From Rhodospirillales bacterium (GTDB taxonomy: Bacteria > Pseudomonadota > Alphaproteobacteria > Rhodospirillales > Casp-alpha2), in NCBI GenBank assembly GCA_040218645.1, contig JAVJQZ010000005.1:9988-73987 (forward strand): a stretch of 64,000 bases of DNA. Direction: 5' to 3'. The notes beneath the pieces are model-generated. The model made no database searches and had not been told where the DNA came from. It saw nothing but the letters and a program-made list of their open reading frames with translations. Positions 18,815-28,425 of this stretch are shown piece after piece (the stretch's first letter is position 1; each line of letters starts with the position of its first letter). The translations under genes and the position numbers were made by a program.

Positions 18815-19714
18815 GTGCGAAAAATCGGCTTTATCGGCCTTGGCCGCATGGGCGCGGGCATGGCTCAGAACATGCTCAAGAATGTCGGACAACTGCACGT
18901 GTTTGATTCCCATGCAGGTGCCATGCGGCCGCTGGTCGAAGCCGGGGCGACGGCCAGCACCTCACCGGCCGATATGGCCGGCACGTGTGATCTGATTTTC
19001 ATGTGCCTGCCGTATGCGCCCGAAGTCCGCGCCGCGGTTTTCGGTGATGACGGCATTGCCCAGTCGGCGCCCCAGGGCCTGACCATCGTCGACACCACGA
19101 CCCTGGACCGCAGCGATGCGCTGACCATCGCCGATGAAGCGGCGGCGGAAGGCATCGCCTATTGGGATTGCCCGATTTCCGGGATGCCGTTCCGGGCCAA
19201 GGACGGGACGCTGACGGTGATGTTCGGCGGCACGGATGCAGCCTTCGAGGACGTGAAGGAATATCTGGATTACATCGGCACGTCGATCATTCACTGCGGT
19301 GCGCTGGGCACCGGGCAGGCGATGAAGGCGCTCAACAACATCATCTATAACGTCAATATCGCGGCGCTCGCCGAAGTGCTGCCGCTGACGGTTGCCGTCG
19401 GGCTCGATCCTGAACAGGTTGCAGCCATCGTCACCAGCGGCAGCTCGCGCAGTTTCGCTTCTGAATACTTCGTGCCCCGGATGCTCGAAGGCCAGTTCGA
19501 TTCCGATTTCGCCCTGAGTGCCGCCTACAAGGATATCGTCAATGTCGAGCGCATGGCCGAAGATGCCGGTGCCCGGTTGCCCGTCGTGCAGGCCATGATC
19601 GGCAGCTACAAGGCGGCCATTGAAGCGGGCTACGGGGATGAGCCGAAAAGCGCGATGCTGAAGGTTTATGAAGAAGCGCTTGGGGTCACGTTCCGCAAGA
19701 AGGGTATCTCCTGA
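18815..19714 (+). CDS. NAD(P)-dependent oxidoreductase, 3-hydroxyisobutyrate/6-phosphogluconate dehydrogenase-like family
   Basis: GTG at 18815 preceded by gggagga. KIGFIGLGRMGAGMA Rossmann motif and a NAD-binding_11-like C-terminal domain. Confidence 0.85.
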   Translation: MRKIGFIGLGRMGAGMAQNMLKNVGQLHVFDSHAGAMRPLVEAGATASTSPADMAGTCDLIFMCLPYAPEVRAAVFGDDGIAQSAPQGLTIVDTTTLDRSDALTIADEAAAEGIAYWDCPISGMPFRAKDGTLTVMFGGTDAAFEDVKEYLDYIGTSIIHCGALGTGQAMKALNNIIYNVNIAALAEVLPLTVAVGLDPEQVAAIVTSGSSRSFASEYFVPRMLEGQFDSDFALSAAYKDIVNVERMAEDAGARLPVVQAMIGSYKAAIEAGYGDEPKSAMLKVYEEALGVTFRKKGIS

Positions 19715-19853
19715 AAGTCGTAAAACCACTGTAACCGCACCCCAACTTCGAATACTCTGTACCGGGGAGAGTTACTTGCTATTGGGAGTGGCGAGTACAC
19801 CGGATGCATGACGTATAAGCAGAAGGCCGGGGTATGCCCCGTGTCCGACAGCC

Positions 19854-21338
19854 ATGGCAGTTGATCATTTTCCGCCCTGGGGCGTGATGATCGCAATTGA
19901 TGTGCTGCTCACGTCCATCGTGATTGTGGCCAGCGTTATCGTTTTCAGGTTCCGCGCGGATATCCGCCATGCAGATGCATTTGCCGGTGTCGGCTGCATT
20001 CTCGGTGGTCTTTGGATCATTACTCTTTTCTATATCTTTGATTTCTACACCATGATCGTGATGCCGATGTCCGTTGGCAATGATCGGGCGATGCAGGTAA
20101 TGGCGATGCTGCATCTTGAATACAGCTGGTACATCCATACCTTTGGGGCGTTTCTGGTGTTTTCCGGCCTGGTCATGACGATCCTGCGCTTTGCCCAACG
20201 CTTCCGGCGCATGGAAACCCGCACCGAGGAGCTTCTGGAAAATGAAAACATTCTTGATTCGATTTTCGAAAACCTGCCGGTCGGGTTGCTGATCAAGGAC
20301 CAGGATCACGTTATCGAGCGGGCGAACCGGACGTATCTTTCCTGGTACGGGGTCGCGTTGGAAAAGATGGTCGGCAACCGTTTCGATCATATCGAGGGAT
20401 TCCAGTCGGACACCGATGCCCGGATCATGAATGCACAGGAAGACGAAGTCCTGACCACGGGCAAACTGGTCAACCGCGAGGTCGAGCGTTATCTGCTCGA
20501 CGGCAAACCGCATATGCTCTCGATCTCAAAGTTTCCGGTCTTCGACCGCGAGGGCCGGATTACCAAGGTCGGATCGGTGACGATTGACCTGACGGATATC
20601 GCCAAGGCCGAAGAAGCGATGCGCGATGCGCTCAGCGAGGCCGAGGAAGCCACCCGGGCGAAGTCGCAATTCATTGCCACGATGAGCCATGAGTTCCGCA
20701 CCCCGCTGAATGCCATTCTCGGCTTCAGCGAAATGCTGCGTTCGGAATACTTCGGACCGCTGGGAGCCGATAACTACAAGGACTATGCCGGCAATATCCA
20801 TGACAGCGGCGAACACCTTCTCAGCCTGGTCAACGATATTCTCGACATCGCGGCGATCGAAGCCGGAAAGCGAAGTCTGCAACGCGAGGAATTCGATATT
20901 GCCGACGTCCTCAGGGAATGCATGCGCAGCGTGGAACGCATGGCCGCAGACAGGGAAATCGAACTGATTCTGGATATCCCTGAAACACTGCCGCCGCTGA
21001 CGGCTGATCGAAAGGCGATGGCGCAGATTTTTCTCAATATCATGGCCAACGCCGTCAAGTTCACCGAGCAGGGCGGCGGTGTCTGGATTTCCGCCCGTGC
21101 CGACAGGGAAGCGCTGACGGTCTGTGTTGCCGACAACGGCGTCGGTATTTCCGGCGATCTTCTGCCCCGGGTCACGGAACCGTTCTCGAAAGGGCAGTCA
21201 AACCCCCACGTCGCCGAAAGCGGTACCGGTCTCGGGCTGTCGATCGTCAAATCCCTGGTCGATGCCCATGGCGGTGAGCTGTCGATTTCCAGCACGACGG
21301 GACAGGGTACCGAAGTCTACGTCACACTCCCTTATTAA
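19854..21338 (+). CDS. membrane-bound PAS sensor histidine kinase
   Basis: N-terminal TM helices, a PAS region, H-box SHEFRTPLNAILGFSE, and N/G boxes (NAVKFT, DNGVGI, GTGLGLSIV). Confidence 0.9.
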   Translation: MAVDHFPPWGVMIAIDVLLTSIVIVASVIVFRFRADIRHADAFAGVGCILGGLWIITLFYIFDFYTMIVMPMSVGNDRAMQVMAMLHLEYSWYIHTFGAFLVFSGLVMTILRFAQRFRRMETRTEELLENENILDSIFENLPVGLLIKDQDHVIERANRTYLSWYGVALEKMVGNRFDHIEGFQSDTDARIMNAQEDEVLTTGKLVNREVERYLLDGKPHMLSISKFPVFDREGRITKVGSVTIDLTDIAKAEEAMRDALSEAEEATRAKSQFIATMSHEFRTPLNAILGFSEMLRSEYFGPLGADNYKDYAGNIHDSGEHLLSLVNDILDIAAIEAGKRSLQREEFDIADVLRECMRSVERMAADREIELILDIPETLPPLTADRKAMAQIFLNIMANAVKFTEQGGGVWISARADREALTVCVADNGVGISGDLLPRVTEPFSKGQSNPHVAESGTGLGLSIVKSLVDAHGGELSISSTTGQGTEVYVTLPY

Positions 21339-21494
21339 TTGATCGTGAACAATTTTTACGCGAGTAGCGTAAAATCGTTTATATTCGATTCGTCTTATTT
21401 ACATGGTTGCCGAAAAAGCTTTCACAAGAAACGCATCGGGGAGGACGGCAAGACGGAGGTCCAATCGAAAAGCAGTCAATAAGGGGGTAATTTG

Positions 21495-22922
21495 ATGGAG
21501 TTTCTTGAATCATTGTTCGGGGTCATTGGTGACCTCACATGGGGATGGGCGCTTGTGCCGTTCCTCGTCGTGCTTGGCCTGTTCTTCACCTTTGCCAGCG
21601 GTTTCGTTCAGTTCAGATATTTCTTCCGCATGTTCCGGGTGCTGTCCGGCAGCAACCAGTCGGGTGATCCGAACGCCATCACGGCGCGCGAAGCGCTGCT
21701 GGTGTCGGTCGGTGGCCGTGTCGGCGGCGGGAACATCGCCGGTGTCGCCGTCGCCATCACACTGGGTGGTCCGGGAGCCGTTTTCTGGATGTGGGCCATC
21801 GCCATCGTCGGCATGGCGACCAGCCTTGTCGAATGTTCGCTGGCCCAGCTGTTCAAGGAAAAGGAAGCCGAAGGCACCTTCCGGGGCGGTCCCGCCAGAA
21901 CCATTCTGCATGGCCTCGGACAGGATTACCGCTGGCTCGCCATCATTTATGCGGTCTGCCTGATTGCCGCGTTCGGGATCGGTTTCCCGGCGTTCCAGGG
22001 AAATACGGTTGCCGGTGCCGCGGCGGATAGCCTCGGCATCGATCGCCTGATCACCGGGATCGTGCTGACCATCGGCACCGGTTTCATCGTTTACGGCGGT
22101 ATCCATCGTATCGCCAAGACCTGTGACGTGATCGTGCCGATCATGGCGCTCGGTTACATCGGCATGGCGTTGATCGTGATCGTCATCAACATCGCCGATG
22201 TTCCGGCAATCATCGCGATGATCGTCTCCAACGCCTTCGGCCTCGAAGAAGCCGTCGGCGGCGGCATGGGGGCGGCCATTGCGCAGGGTGTGCGCCGGGG
22301 CCTGTTCTCCAACGAAGCCGGTCTCGGTTCGGCCCCGAACGTTGCGGCGACCGCCGATGTGCGCCATCCGGTCAGCCAGGGGATCACGCAGTCGTTCTCG
22401 GTGTTCATCGATACCATCGTCATCTGTTCGTGCACGGCATTCGTCATCCTGATGGGGGATGTTTATGTACCGGGCGCGGAAGGTATCGACGGTGTGGCGC
22501 TGACGCAGCAGTCACTGGTGTCGCATCTGGGCGAATGGACGCAGTACTTCCTGACCGGGGCGGTGCTGCTGTTTGCGTTCAGCTCGATCATCTACAACTA
22601 CTATCTGGGTGAAAACGCTCTGACGGTGATGACCAAAAACCCGATGGCGCTGCATGCATTCCGTGTCGCCCTGATGGGGATCGTACTGCTGGGTGCCGTG
22701 GCGCCGGGTGCGACGTCGGTGTTCTTCTTCTCGGACCCGATGATGGGGATTCTGGCCGTGGTCAACCTTTTGGCCCTGGCCATGCTGTTCCCGATCGCCA
22801 AACGGTTGCTGGTTGATTTCGCCGACCAGCTCAAGGCGGGCATCGAGCGTCCGGTCCTGGATCCGGAAAAATACGCGGATCTGGATATCGACCGAAACGC
22901 CTGGACCGGCAAGGTCGACTAG
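21495..22922 (+). CDS. alanine/glycine:cation symporter (AGCS family)
   Basis: About 11 TM. Motifs GGPGAVFWMW, RGLFSNEAGLGSAP. SD aaggggg 7 nt before the ATG at 21495. Confidence 0.9.
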   Translation: MEFLESLFGVIGDLTWGWALVPFLVVLGLFFTFASGFVQFRYFFRMFRVLSGSNQSGDPNAITAREALLVSVGGRVGGGNIAGVAVAITLGGPGAVFWMWAIAIVGMATSLVECSLAQLFKEKEAEGTFRGGPARTILHGLGQDYRWLAIIYAVCLIAAFGIGFPAFQGNTVAGAAADSLGIDRLITGIVLTIGTGFIVYGGIHRIAKTCDVIVPIMALGYIGMALIVIVINIADVPAIIAMIVSNAFGLEEAVGGGMGAAIAQGVRRGLFSNEAGLGSAPNVAATADVRHPVSQGITQSFSVFIDTIVICSCTAFVILMGDVYVPGAEGIDGVALTQQSLVSHLGEWTQYFLTGAVLLFAFSSIIYNYYLGENALTVMTKNPMALHAFRVALMGIVLLGAVAPGATSVFFFSDPMMGILAVVNLLALAMLFPIAKRLLVDFADQLKAGIERPVLDPEKYADLDIDRNAWTGKVD

Positions 22923-23015
22923 CAACATCTGACATTTTTCGTCAGGGGAGGGGCTGCCGGTGGGCGGCCCCTTTCCGTTTACGGGCTTTGATGGTCGAAC
23001 CGTTTTAAGGCGCGC

Positions 23016-23909
23016 TTATTCGGCCGCATCCCTGTCGTGGAATTTTGTCCGCAATTCGTTCCAGGCCGACGCGCCGAAGCGCTCGAAACGGTCGCCCACT
23101 TTCATTGGTGTGGCGTTGGGGTCGGACGGCTGGTCTGTCTCGCGGACACGGGCCAGGGTGGCATCGCATGTCGCCATGATCGCGGCGGTCAGCAATGACG
23201 GCATGATGGCGATCCTGTAGCCGATCTTATAGGCGGCGGCGAGTTCCATATGGGGCGTCTTGCCGCCGACGACGATGTTCAAAAGGCACGGCCCGTTGAC
23301 CCGTTTCGGGATCGCCGTGACCTCTTCCATGGTGTGTGCCGCCTCGACGAAGGCGACGTCGGCGCCGTTGGCGAGGGCGGCATTGGCGCGGTTGATGGCA
23401 TCATCCAGACCGGTCACGGCATTGGCGTCGGTGCGGGCGATGATGACGAAGTCCGGGTCCTTGCGGGCCGCGGCGGCGGCACGGATTTTGGCCACGTATT
23501 CCGCGAGCGGGACGATTTCCTTGCCGTCGAGATGACCGCAGCGCTTCGGCATCACCTGATCCTCGATATGGATCGCGGCAACGCCGGCACGTTCGTATTC
23601 ATTGACGGTGCGGGTCACGTTCAGTTCGTTGCCGTACCCCGTGTCGGCATCGGCGATCACCGGTACGTCGACGGTGCGGGCAATGACGGCAGCGTTGGCG
23701 ACCATCTCTGTCTGCGTGACCAGGCCGAAATCCGGATACCCCAGCGACATCGATGTGCCGGCCCCGGTCATGTAGACGGCGGGAAAGCCCGCCTGTTCGC
23801 TCAGCTTGGCGGTGATGCCGTCATAGACACCCGGTGCGCGGATAATGTCATCCGCCGCCAGAAGCGTCCGCAGTCTTTTTGTCATGCTCAATTGGATGTT
23901 CCCTGTCAC
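23016..23909 (-). CDS. isocitrate lyase/PEP mutase superfamily enzyme (carboxyvinyl-carboxyphosphonate phosphorylmutase / methylisocitrate lyase-like)
   Basis: PGVYDG..A, YMTGAG, DADTGYG, IHIEDQ..PKRCGH and ARTDA motifs. GTG at 23909 abuts the upstream stop. ATG at 23885 (MTKRLRTLL) is an alternative start. Confidence 0.85.
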   Translation of the reverse strand: MTGNIQLSMTKRLRTLLAADDIIRAPGVYDGITAKLSEQAGFPAVYMTGAGTSMSLGYPDFGLVTQTEMVANAAVIARTVDVPVIADADTGYGNELNVTRTVNEYERAGVAAIHIEDQVMPKRCGHLDGKEIVPLAEYVAKIRAAAAARKDPDFVIIARTDANAVTGLDDAINRANAALANGADVAFVEAAHTMEEVTAIPKRVNGPCLLNIVVGGKTPHMELAAAYKIGYRIAIMPSLLTAAIMATCDATLARVRETDQPSDPNATPMKVGDRFERFGASAWNELRTKFHDRDAAE

Positions 23910-25019
23910 TCAAGCGATTTTGCGTTCTTCCCATTCCGGCGGTATGCGCAGCCCCAGGCTTTCCGCCTGGCGTTGTTCAAAGGCGCGGCAACTGTCGTCG
24001 TGGTGATGGCCGCGAATGCCGCCCCGGACCGTGCCCGGTTCGACGGCGCGGAAAAAGTGCCCCCAGCTGTCGGGCAGGCGCACGGAATCCGGCGGGGCCA
24101 GCCACAGTCGGCTGAGCAGACGCTTCTGCTCCGGGATCTCGTGATCTTCATAGTCGGTGCGCGAATGCAGCATCACGTGATTGCTGAGAATCTGCAGATC
24201 ACCCGGCTCCAGGTACATGGTGTACATCAGCTCGGGGCGGCTCAGGATGTCGTCCAGCAGATCCGTGGTCTCGATCTGTGCCGGGCTCAGCTTCGGCACG
24301 CCGTCGATGGCCTGCGCGGTGCGCACGCGGTTGCGGTTCCATTTGCCGAACAGCCGTCCGTCGGCGGTATCGAAAAGCGGCTGTGCGTAATACGCGGACT
24401 CATCGGGCGCCTGTTCCTGGTTGCGGCTGAAACAGAAATCCTGCAACGCAATCTCGGCGAGGTCGGGGCGTTCATCGCGAAGCACACCAAAGGCGGTTGT
24501 ACTCGAAGAAATCATGCTCTGGCCGCCCGACTTCGCCTTGTTGTAGCACGCCAGGGTCACGATATCGCAGCCGTCGGCGTGGAAATCGAGCTTGGCGTTC
24601 GACGAGTATCCGCGGCCGTTCTGTGCCCGGTAATCGGTGCCGGCATCGCGGACCGGGGAAATGTACTGCGACATCTTGCCCTGGGGGCGGGCGACACCGG
24701 TATTGAGGCCGACCGCCCAGTTCATCAGTTCGAATTCCTGCTCGCTCATGACGTCACGGGGCAGCCCCTTGACCAGGGCAATGCCCCGGCCGTGATAGGC
24801 TTCGCGGATGGCGGCTGAGATCATGTCCCAGGCCGGGCCGAGATCGAAGTCGTCACGGGTATAGTCGAACAGATGCCGGTCCGGGTCATAGGCAGCCTTG
24901 ACGGTCCGTGCCATCTGCCGGCGTGCGGCGTCGTCGAGAATGAATACCCAGTTCTTCTGATCTTCAACGAGTTCCGTGACCCGCCAACCGGCGGGAATGT
25001 TGACATCGATCTTGCGCAT
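23910..25019 (-). CDS. TauD/TfdA-family Fe(II)/2-oxoglutarate dioxygenase
   Basis: LDFHADG (HxD facial triad), distal HSRTDY, and overall clavaminate-synthase-like length of 369 aa. Confidence 0.78.
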   Translation of the reverse strand: MRKIDVNIPAGWRVTELVEDQKNWVFILDDAARRQMARTVKAAYDPDRHLFDYTRDDFDLGPAWDMISAAIREAYHGRGIALVKGLPRDVMSEQEFELMNWAVGLNTGVARPQGKMSQYISPVRDAGTDYRAQNGRGYSSNAKLDFHADGCDIVTLACYNKAKSGGQSMISSSTTAFGVLRDERPDLAEIALQDFCFSRNQEQAPDESAYYAQPLFDTADGRLFGKWNRNRVRTAQAIDGVPKLSPAQIETTDLLDDILSRPELMYTMYLEPGDLQILSNHVMLHSRTDYEDHEIPEQKRLLSRLWLAPPDSVRLPDSWGHFFRAVEPGTVRGGIRGHHHDDSCRAFEQRQAESLGLRIPPEWEERKIA

Positions 25020-25108
25020 GGTGCTTCGGCGTCCTTGTGTTTCCAGTTACCGGGACTGTAGCGGGTTGATGATTGAAAGAGAAATACTGTTGTTGTATCA
25101 ATTAATAG

Positions 25109-26029
25109 ATGTCACTGATTAATATAACGCCCGCCGATCTGGATGCCTTTCTGTCGGTGGCGGAAACCAGCAGTTTCCGGCAAAGCGCACAGATGCTCGG
25201 CATTTCCCAGCCCAGCGTGTCGGCGCGTATCCAGCATCTCGAAGCCGTGCTTGGGGTCCGGCTGTTCGACCGCACGACACGGCGCGTCGTCATCACCGAT
25301 GCGGGCGAACGGCTGCGCGGGCGGGTCGAGCGGATGGTGCTGGAGACCCGCGCCCTGGTCCGGGAATTCCGTGAAGAGCAGAACCTGCAGCGGGGCAGTG
25401 TCGTGGTCGGGGCCTCGCCGTCGGTCGCGGCGGGGTTTCTGCCGGCGGTGATCGGTGAATTTCAACGCCGCTGGCCGGATGTCGAGGTGGTACTGCTGGA
25501 CGATTTTTTCGGACAGGTGCTGGACCGTGTCAGCCGCGGCGAGGTCGACTTCGCCGTGACCCCGTATATCAGCAACGAGGAGACGCTGGACTATGAACCG
25601 CTGCTGGATGACGTGTTCCGGCTTGCGGTGCCCGATTCCCACCCGCTGGCAGCACAGGACAGCGCCAGCCTTGCCGATATCGCCGGCGAGAACCTGATGT
25701 CGATGCCCCCGGAATCCGCCGCCTGGGCGATCTTCCGGCGCGCCTTCGCGGCGGCGGGGATGGATTTCGCCCCGTCCTTTCAGACCCGGGATTCGGTAAC
25801 CATCTTTTCGCTCATCAAGCAGGGTCTGGGTGTCGGTCTGGTGACGGAGATGCTGTCGTCGGTTCTCGACATGCGCGGGATTACGCTGTTGCCGGTGCGC
25901 GACGCCGACCTGACGCGCAGCATCGGCATCGTGCGGACACGCGAACGCGGTCTCAGCCCCGCGGCCGATGCGCTGTGCAAACTGCTCCGCAAACATGCGG
26001 AAGGCCGGCGTGCACAAGCGCAACGGTGA
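25109..26029 (+). CDS. LysR-family transcriptional regulator
   Basis: N-terminal HTH LDAFLSVAETSSFRQSAQMLGISQPSVSARIQHLE. Divergent from the dioxygenase operon. Confidence 0.9.
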   Translation: MSLINITPADLDAFLSVAETSSFRQSAQMLGISQPSVSARIQHLEAVLGVRLFDRTTRRVVITDAGERLRGRVERMVLETRALVREFREEQNLQRGSVVVGASPSVAAGFLPAVIGEFQRRWPDVEVVLLDDFFGQVLDRVSRGEVDFAVTPYISNEETLDYEPLLDDVFRLAVPDSHPLAAQDSASLADIAGENLMSMPPESAAWAIFRRAFAAAGMDFAPSFQTRDSVTIFSLIKQGLGVGLVTEMLSSVLDMRGITLLPVRDADLTRSIGIVRTRERGLSPAADALCKLLRKHAEGRRAQAQR

Positions 26030-26041
26030 TGCAGACGTCAA

Positions 26042-26917
26042 TTATGAGGACGGAATTTCCACACCCTTGCGGCCGTCAAAGTCGCTGGCATCGTGGCGTT
26101 CGCGGAGTTCCGTCGTCTCATCACCCTTGGAACGGTTGACCATCCGGCCACGCTTCACGGGCTCGCGGACACCGATCTCGCGGACCCAGCGCTGCAGGTT
26201 CTTGTAGGTATGCACCTCAAGGAACGTGCCGGCATCGCCGTACTGCTCGCCAAGGGCAAGCACCCCATACCACGGCCAGATCGAAATATCGGCGATGGTG
26301 TAATCGTCGCCGACCATGTAGCGGTTGTCGGCCAGATGCCGGTCGAGCACATCGAGCTGGCGTTTGACCTCCATGGAGAATCTGTTGATCGGATATTCCC
26401 ACTTTTCGGGGGCGTAGTTGTAGAAATGACCGAAGCCGCCGCCCAGATAGGGCGCACTGCCCATCTGCCAGAACAGCCAGTTCATGCATTCGGTGCGCGC
26501 CGGGATGTCGGTGGGCAGGAATTCACCGAATTTTTCGGCGAGATAGAACAGGATCGAGCCGGACTCGAAAACCCGCACCGGTGTGTCGCCGGAACGGTCC
26601 ATCATCGCCGGAATTTTGGAATTCGGATTGACGCTGACAAACCCGCTGGAGAACTGATCGCCGTCCCCGATTTCAATCATCCACGCATCGTACTCGGCAC
26701 CGCTGTGGCCCTTGGCCAGCAATTCCTCGAGCATGATCGTGACCTTGACGCCGTTGGGCGTGCCCTTGGAATACAGCTGCAGCGGATGCTTGCCGACCGG
26801 CAGGTCTTTCTCATGGGTTGCACCGGATATCGGGCGGTTGATGCTGGCGAACTTGCCGCCGTTTTCCTTGTCCCAGGTCCAGACCTTGGGGGGCGTGTAG
26901 CCGGATGCCTCGTCCAT
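26042..26917 (-). CDS. yghU: Nu-class glutathione S-transferase (YghU-like)
   Basis: Near-collinear with E. coli YghU as remembered: KVWTWDK, NRP.SG.THEK.LPVGKHPLQLYS.GTPNG.KVTIMLEELLA, DAW.I.IGDGDQFSSGFV.VNPNSKIPA. Confidence 0.9.
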   Translation of the reverse strand: MDEASGYTPPKVWTWDKENGGKFASINRPISGATHEKDLPVGKHPLQLYSKGTPNGVKVTIMLEELLAKGHSGAEYDAWMIEIGDGDQFSSGFVSVNPNSKIPAMMDRSGDTPVRVFESGSILFYLAEKFGEFLPTDIPARTECMNWLFWQMGSAPYLGGGFGHFYNYAPEKWEYPINRFSMEVKRQLDVLDRHLADNRYMVGDDYTIADISIWPWYGVLALGEQYGDAGTFLEVHTYKNLQRWVREIGVREPVKRGRMVNRSKGDETTELRERHDASDFDGRKGVEIPSS

Positions 26918-27104
26918 CGTGAATTCCTCCGTCGTTTAATGTATGGTATGCAAATCTTCAGCTGTTAAATAAATGGGGATCAAGTGTCCCGCCGTCCAGA
27001 GGATTATTCCCGGCTGGTCAGGCTGGAAAAGGCAGCAAGCCTTGAGTAGGTCGTTACTTTGTGCTTCGCTCAAATCTACATTCTGGCTAAATCTGGAACC
27101 GGCC

Positions 27105-27842
27105 ATGCCCTCGGGTGAAAACGATAAAACCAAAGAACAGACCAGTACCGATCCGAGCAAAGACGGTAATCTGCTCCGTGATTTCGCACATGAAATCCGC
27201 ACGCCGCTGAATGCCATGCTCGGTTACACGCAGCTGATTGAAAGCACGCTGGCACCGGACTGCGACATCGATCAGATTGCGGACTATAACGCGACGGTCA
27301 AAACGGCAACGACACAGCTGCTGCATATCTGTGAGCGTGTCCTGAACGATGTCGTCTCAGGGGTTTCCGAGGTCAGGATCGAGAAAGTCGATGCCCGGCA
27401 GATGGCCCTGGACGTCACTGAAACCTTCGGCGCCCTTGCCCGGGAACGCGGTGTCACCCTGGTTTGTGACTTTCCCGACAACTTTCCGGTGTTGATGACC
27501 GATCAGCTGCTGCTCTCGCAGGTTTTGTCCAACCTCGTCAGCAATGCCGTCAAATTCACCCCCAGCGGCGGCATGGTGAAGGTGAAGGGTGAAATCAGCT
27601 ATGCGGAAGAAGCGTTCCTGTTTGTCATCCAGGACAGCGGCAAAGGAATCCCCGCCGATCTTCTGTTTCGTATCCGCCGCGGCGAACAGGTTTCCATGGC
27701 CAACGATCACGGCCTCCAGGGTTGGGGGCGGGGACTCAAGATCGTGCTCGATATCTGTGAAAAAATCGGCGCCGAATTGCGTTTTGAAGCCGCCCGCGGC
27801 GGCGGCACAGTGGCTCTGATCTCGCTTCCGTTCAAGAGCTGA
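27105..27842 (+). CDS. soluble histidine kinase (HisKA + HATPase_c, no obvious sensor domain)
   Basis: H-box FAHEIRTPLNAMLGYTQL, N box NLVSNAVKFT, G boxes QDSGKGI and GWGRGLKIV. The Met at 27105 is preferred over the track start at 26973. Confidence 0.8.
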   Translation: MPSGENDKTKEQTSTDPSKDGNLLRDFAHEIRTPLNAMLGYTQLIESTLAPDCDIDQIADYNATVKTATTQLLHICERVLNDVVSGVSEVRIEKVDARQMALDVTETFGALARERGVTLVCDFPDNFPVLMTDQLLLSQVLSNLVSNAVKFTPSGGMVKVKGEISYAEEAFLFVIQDSGKGIPADLLFRIRRGEQVSMANDHGLQGWGRGLKIVLDICEKIGAELRFEAARGGGTVALISLPFKS

Positions 27843-27888
27843 CTTTCGGTTTAAGAGACAATTTCAATCGAGTGGACGGGGAAGCGAC

Positions 27889-28413
27889 ATGCCGGAAAAA
27901 GATTACCTCCGCCGCTCCCCGATCCGGTTCGATCAGCCGAATTATCAGATCTGCTACGAATACTGGCAAAGCCTCAAGGGTGCGCGGCGTTCCCCGTCCT
28001 GGCGGGAATGGGACTGGCTGCAACTGCCTGTTGAACTGATCCCGTATTTTATGGTTGTTGATGTCAAATACGATCCGCTGGATTTCATTTACCGGTTCTG
28101 GGGAACGGCGTCGGTCGACATGCACGGGATCGACTTCACCAACCAGTCGATCTCGAACATCCGCTCGCCGTTGACCGCTAAACTGACCCACGCGCAGTAT
28201 CTTGAAGTTGTGACATGTCATGAAGCGGTGGGATCGGAATACACCATCAAGGCGGGGGAGGACGGCCTGCCCTATGTGCAGACATCACTCAGGATGCCGT
28301 TTTCGGATGATGGTGAAAAAGTTTCGCAGATCGCGACATATGTCGACTGGAGCCGCGACCGCGACAAGATCAGGGAAGAGCACATCCGCGAATTCGGCAC
28401 ACCGCGCAGGTAA
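27889..28413 (+). CDS. PAS_5/DUF1457-type PAS domain protein (paralog 1 of 4)
   Basis: YEYWQSLKG..RSPSWREW......VVDV..DPLDFIYRFWGT......G.DFT...LRMPFSDDGEKV. Same signature as 34468, 42986 and 45933. Lies 46 nt after the kinase gene. Confidence 0.75.
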   Translation: MPEKDYLRRSPIRFDQPNYQICYEYWQSLKGARRSPSWREWDWLQLPVELIPYFMVVDVKYDPLDFIYRFWGTASVDMHGIDFTNQSISNIRSPLTAKLTHAQYLEVVTCHEAVGSEYTIKAGEDGLPYVQTSLRMPFSDDGEKVSQIATYVDWSRDRDKIREEHIREFGTPRR

Positions 28414-28425
28414 CGGCCTGATGCT

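Noticed and set aside
21339-21494. Glycine riboswitch or other leader upstream of the alanine/glycine symporter. Also the perfect 8-bp hairpin ttttacgc-gagta-gcgtaaaa (21354-21374).
   Set aside because: I could not find the conserved glycine-aptamer elements (GGAGAG...CTCAGGCAAAAGGAC). The hairpin is AT-rich with no U-tract, so I cannot decide between a weak terminator of the kinase gene and an operator.
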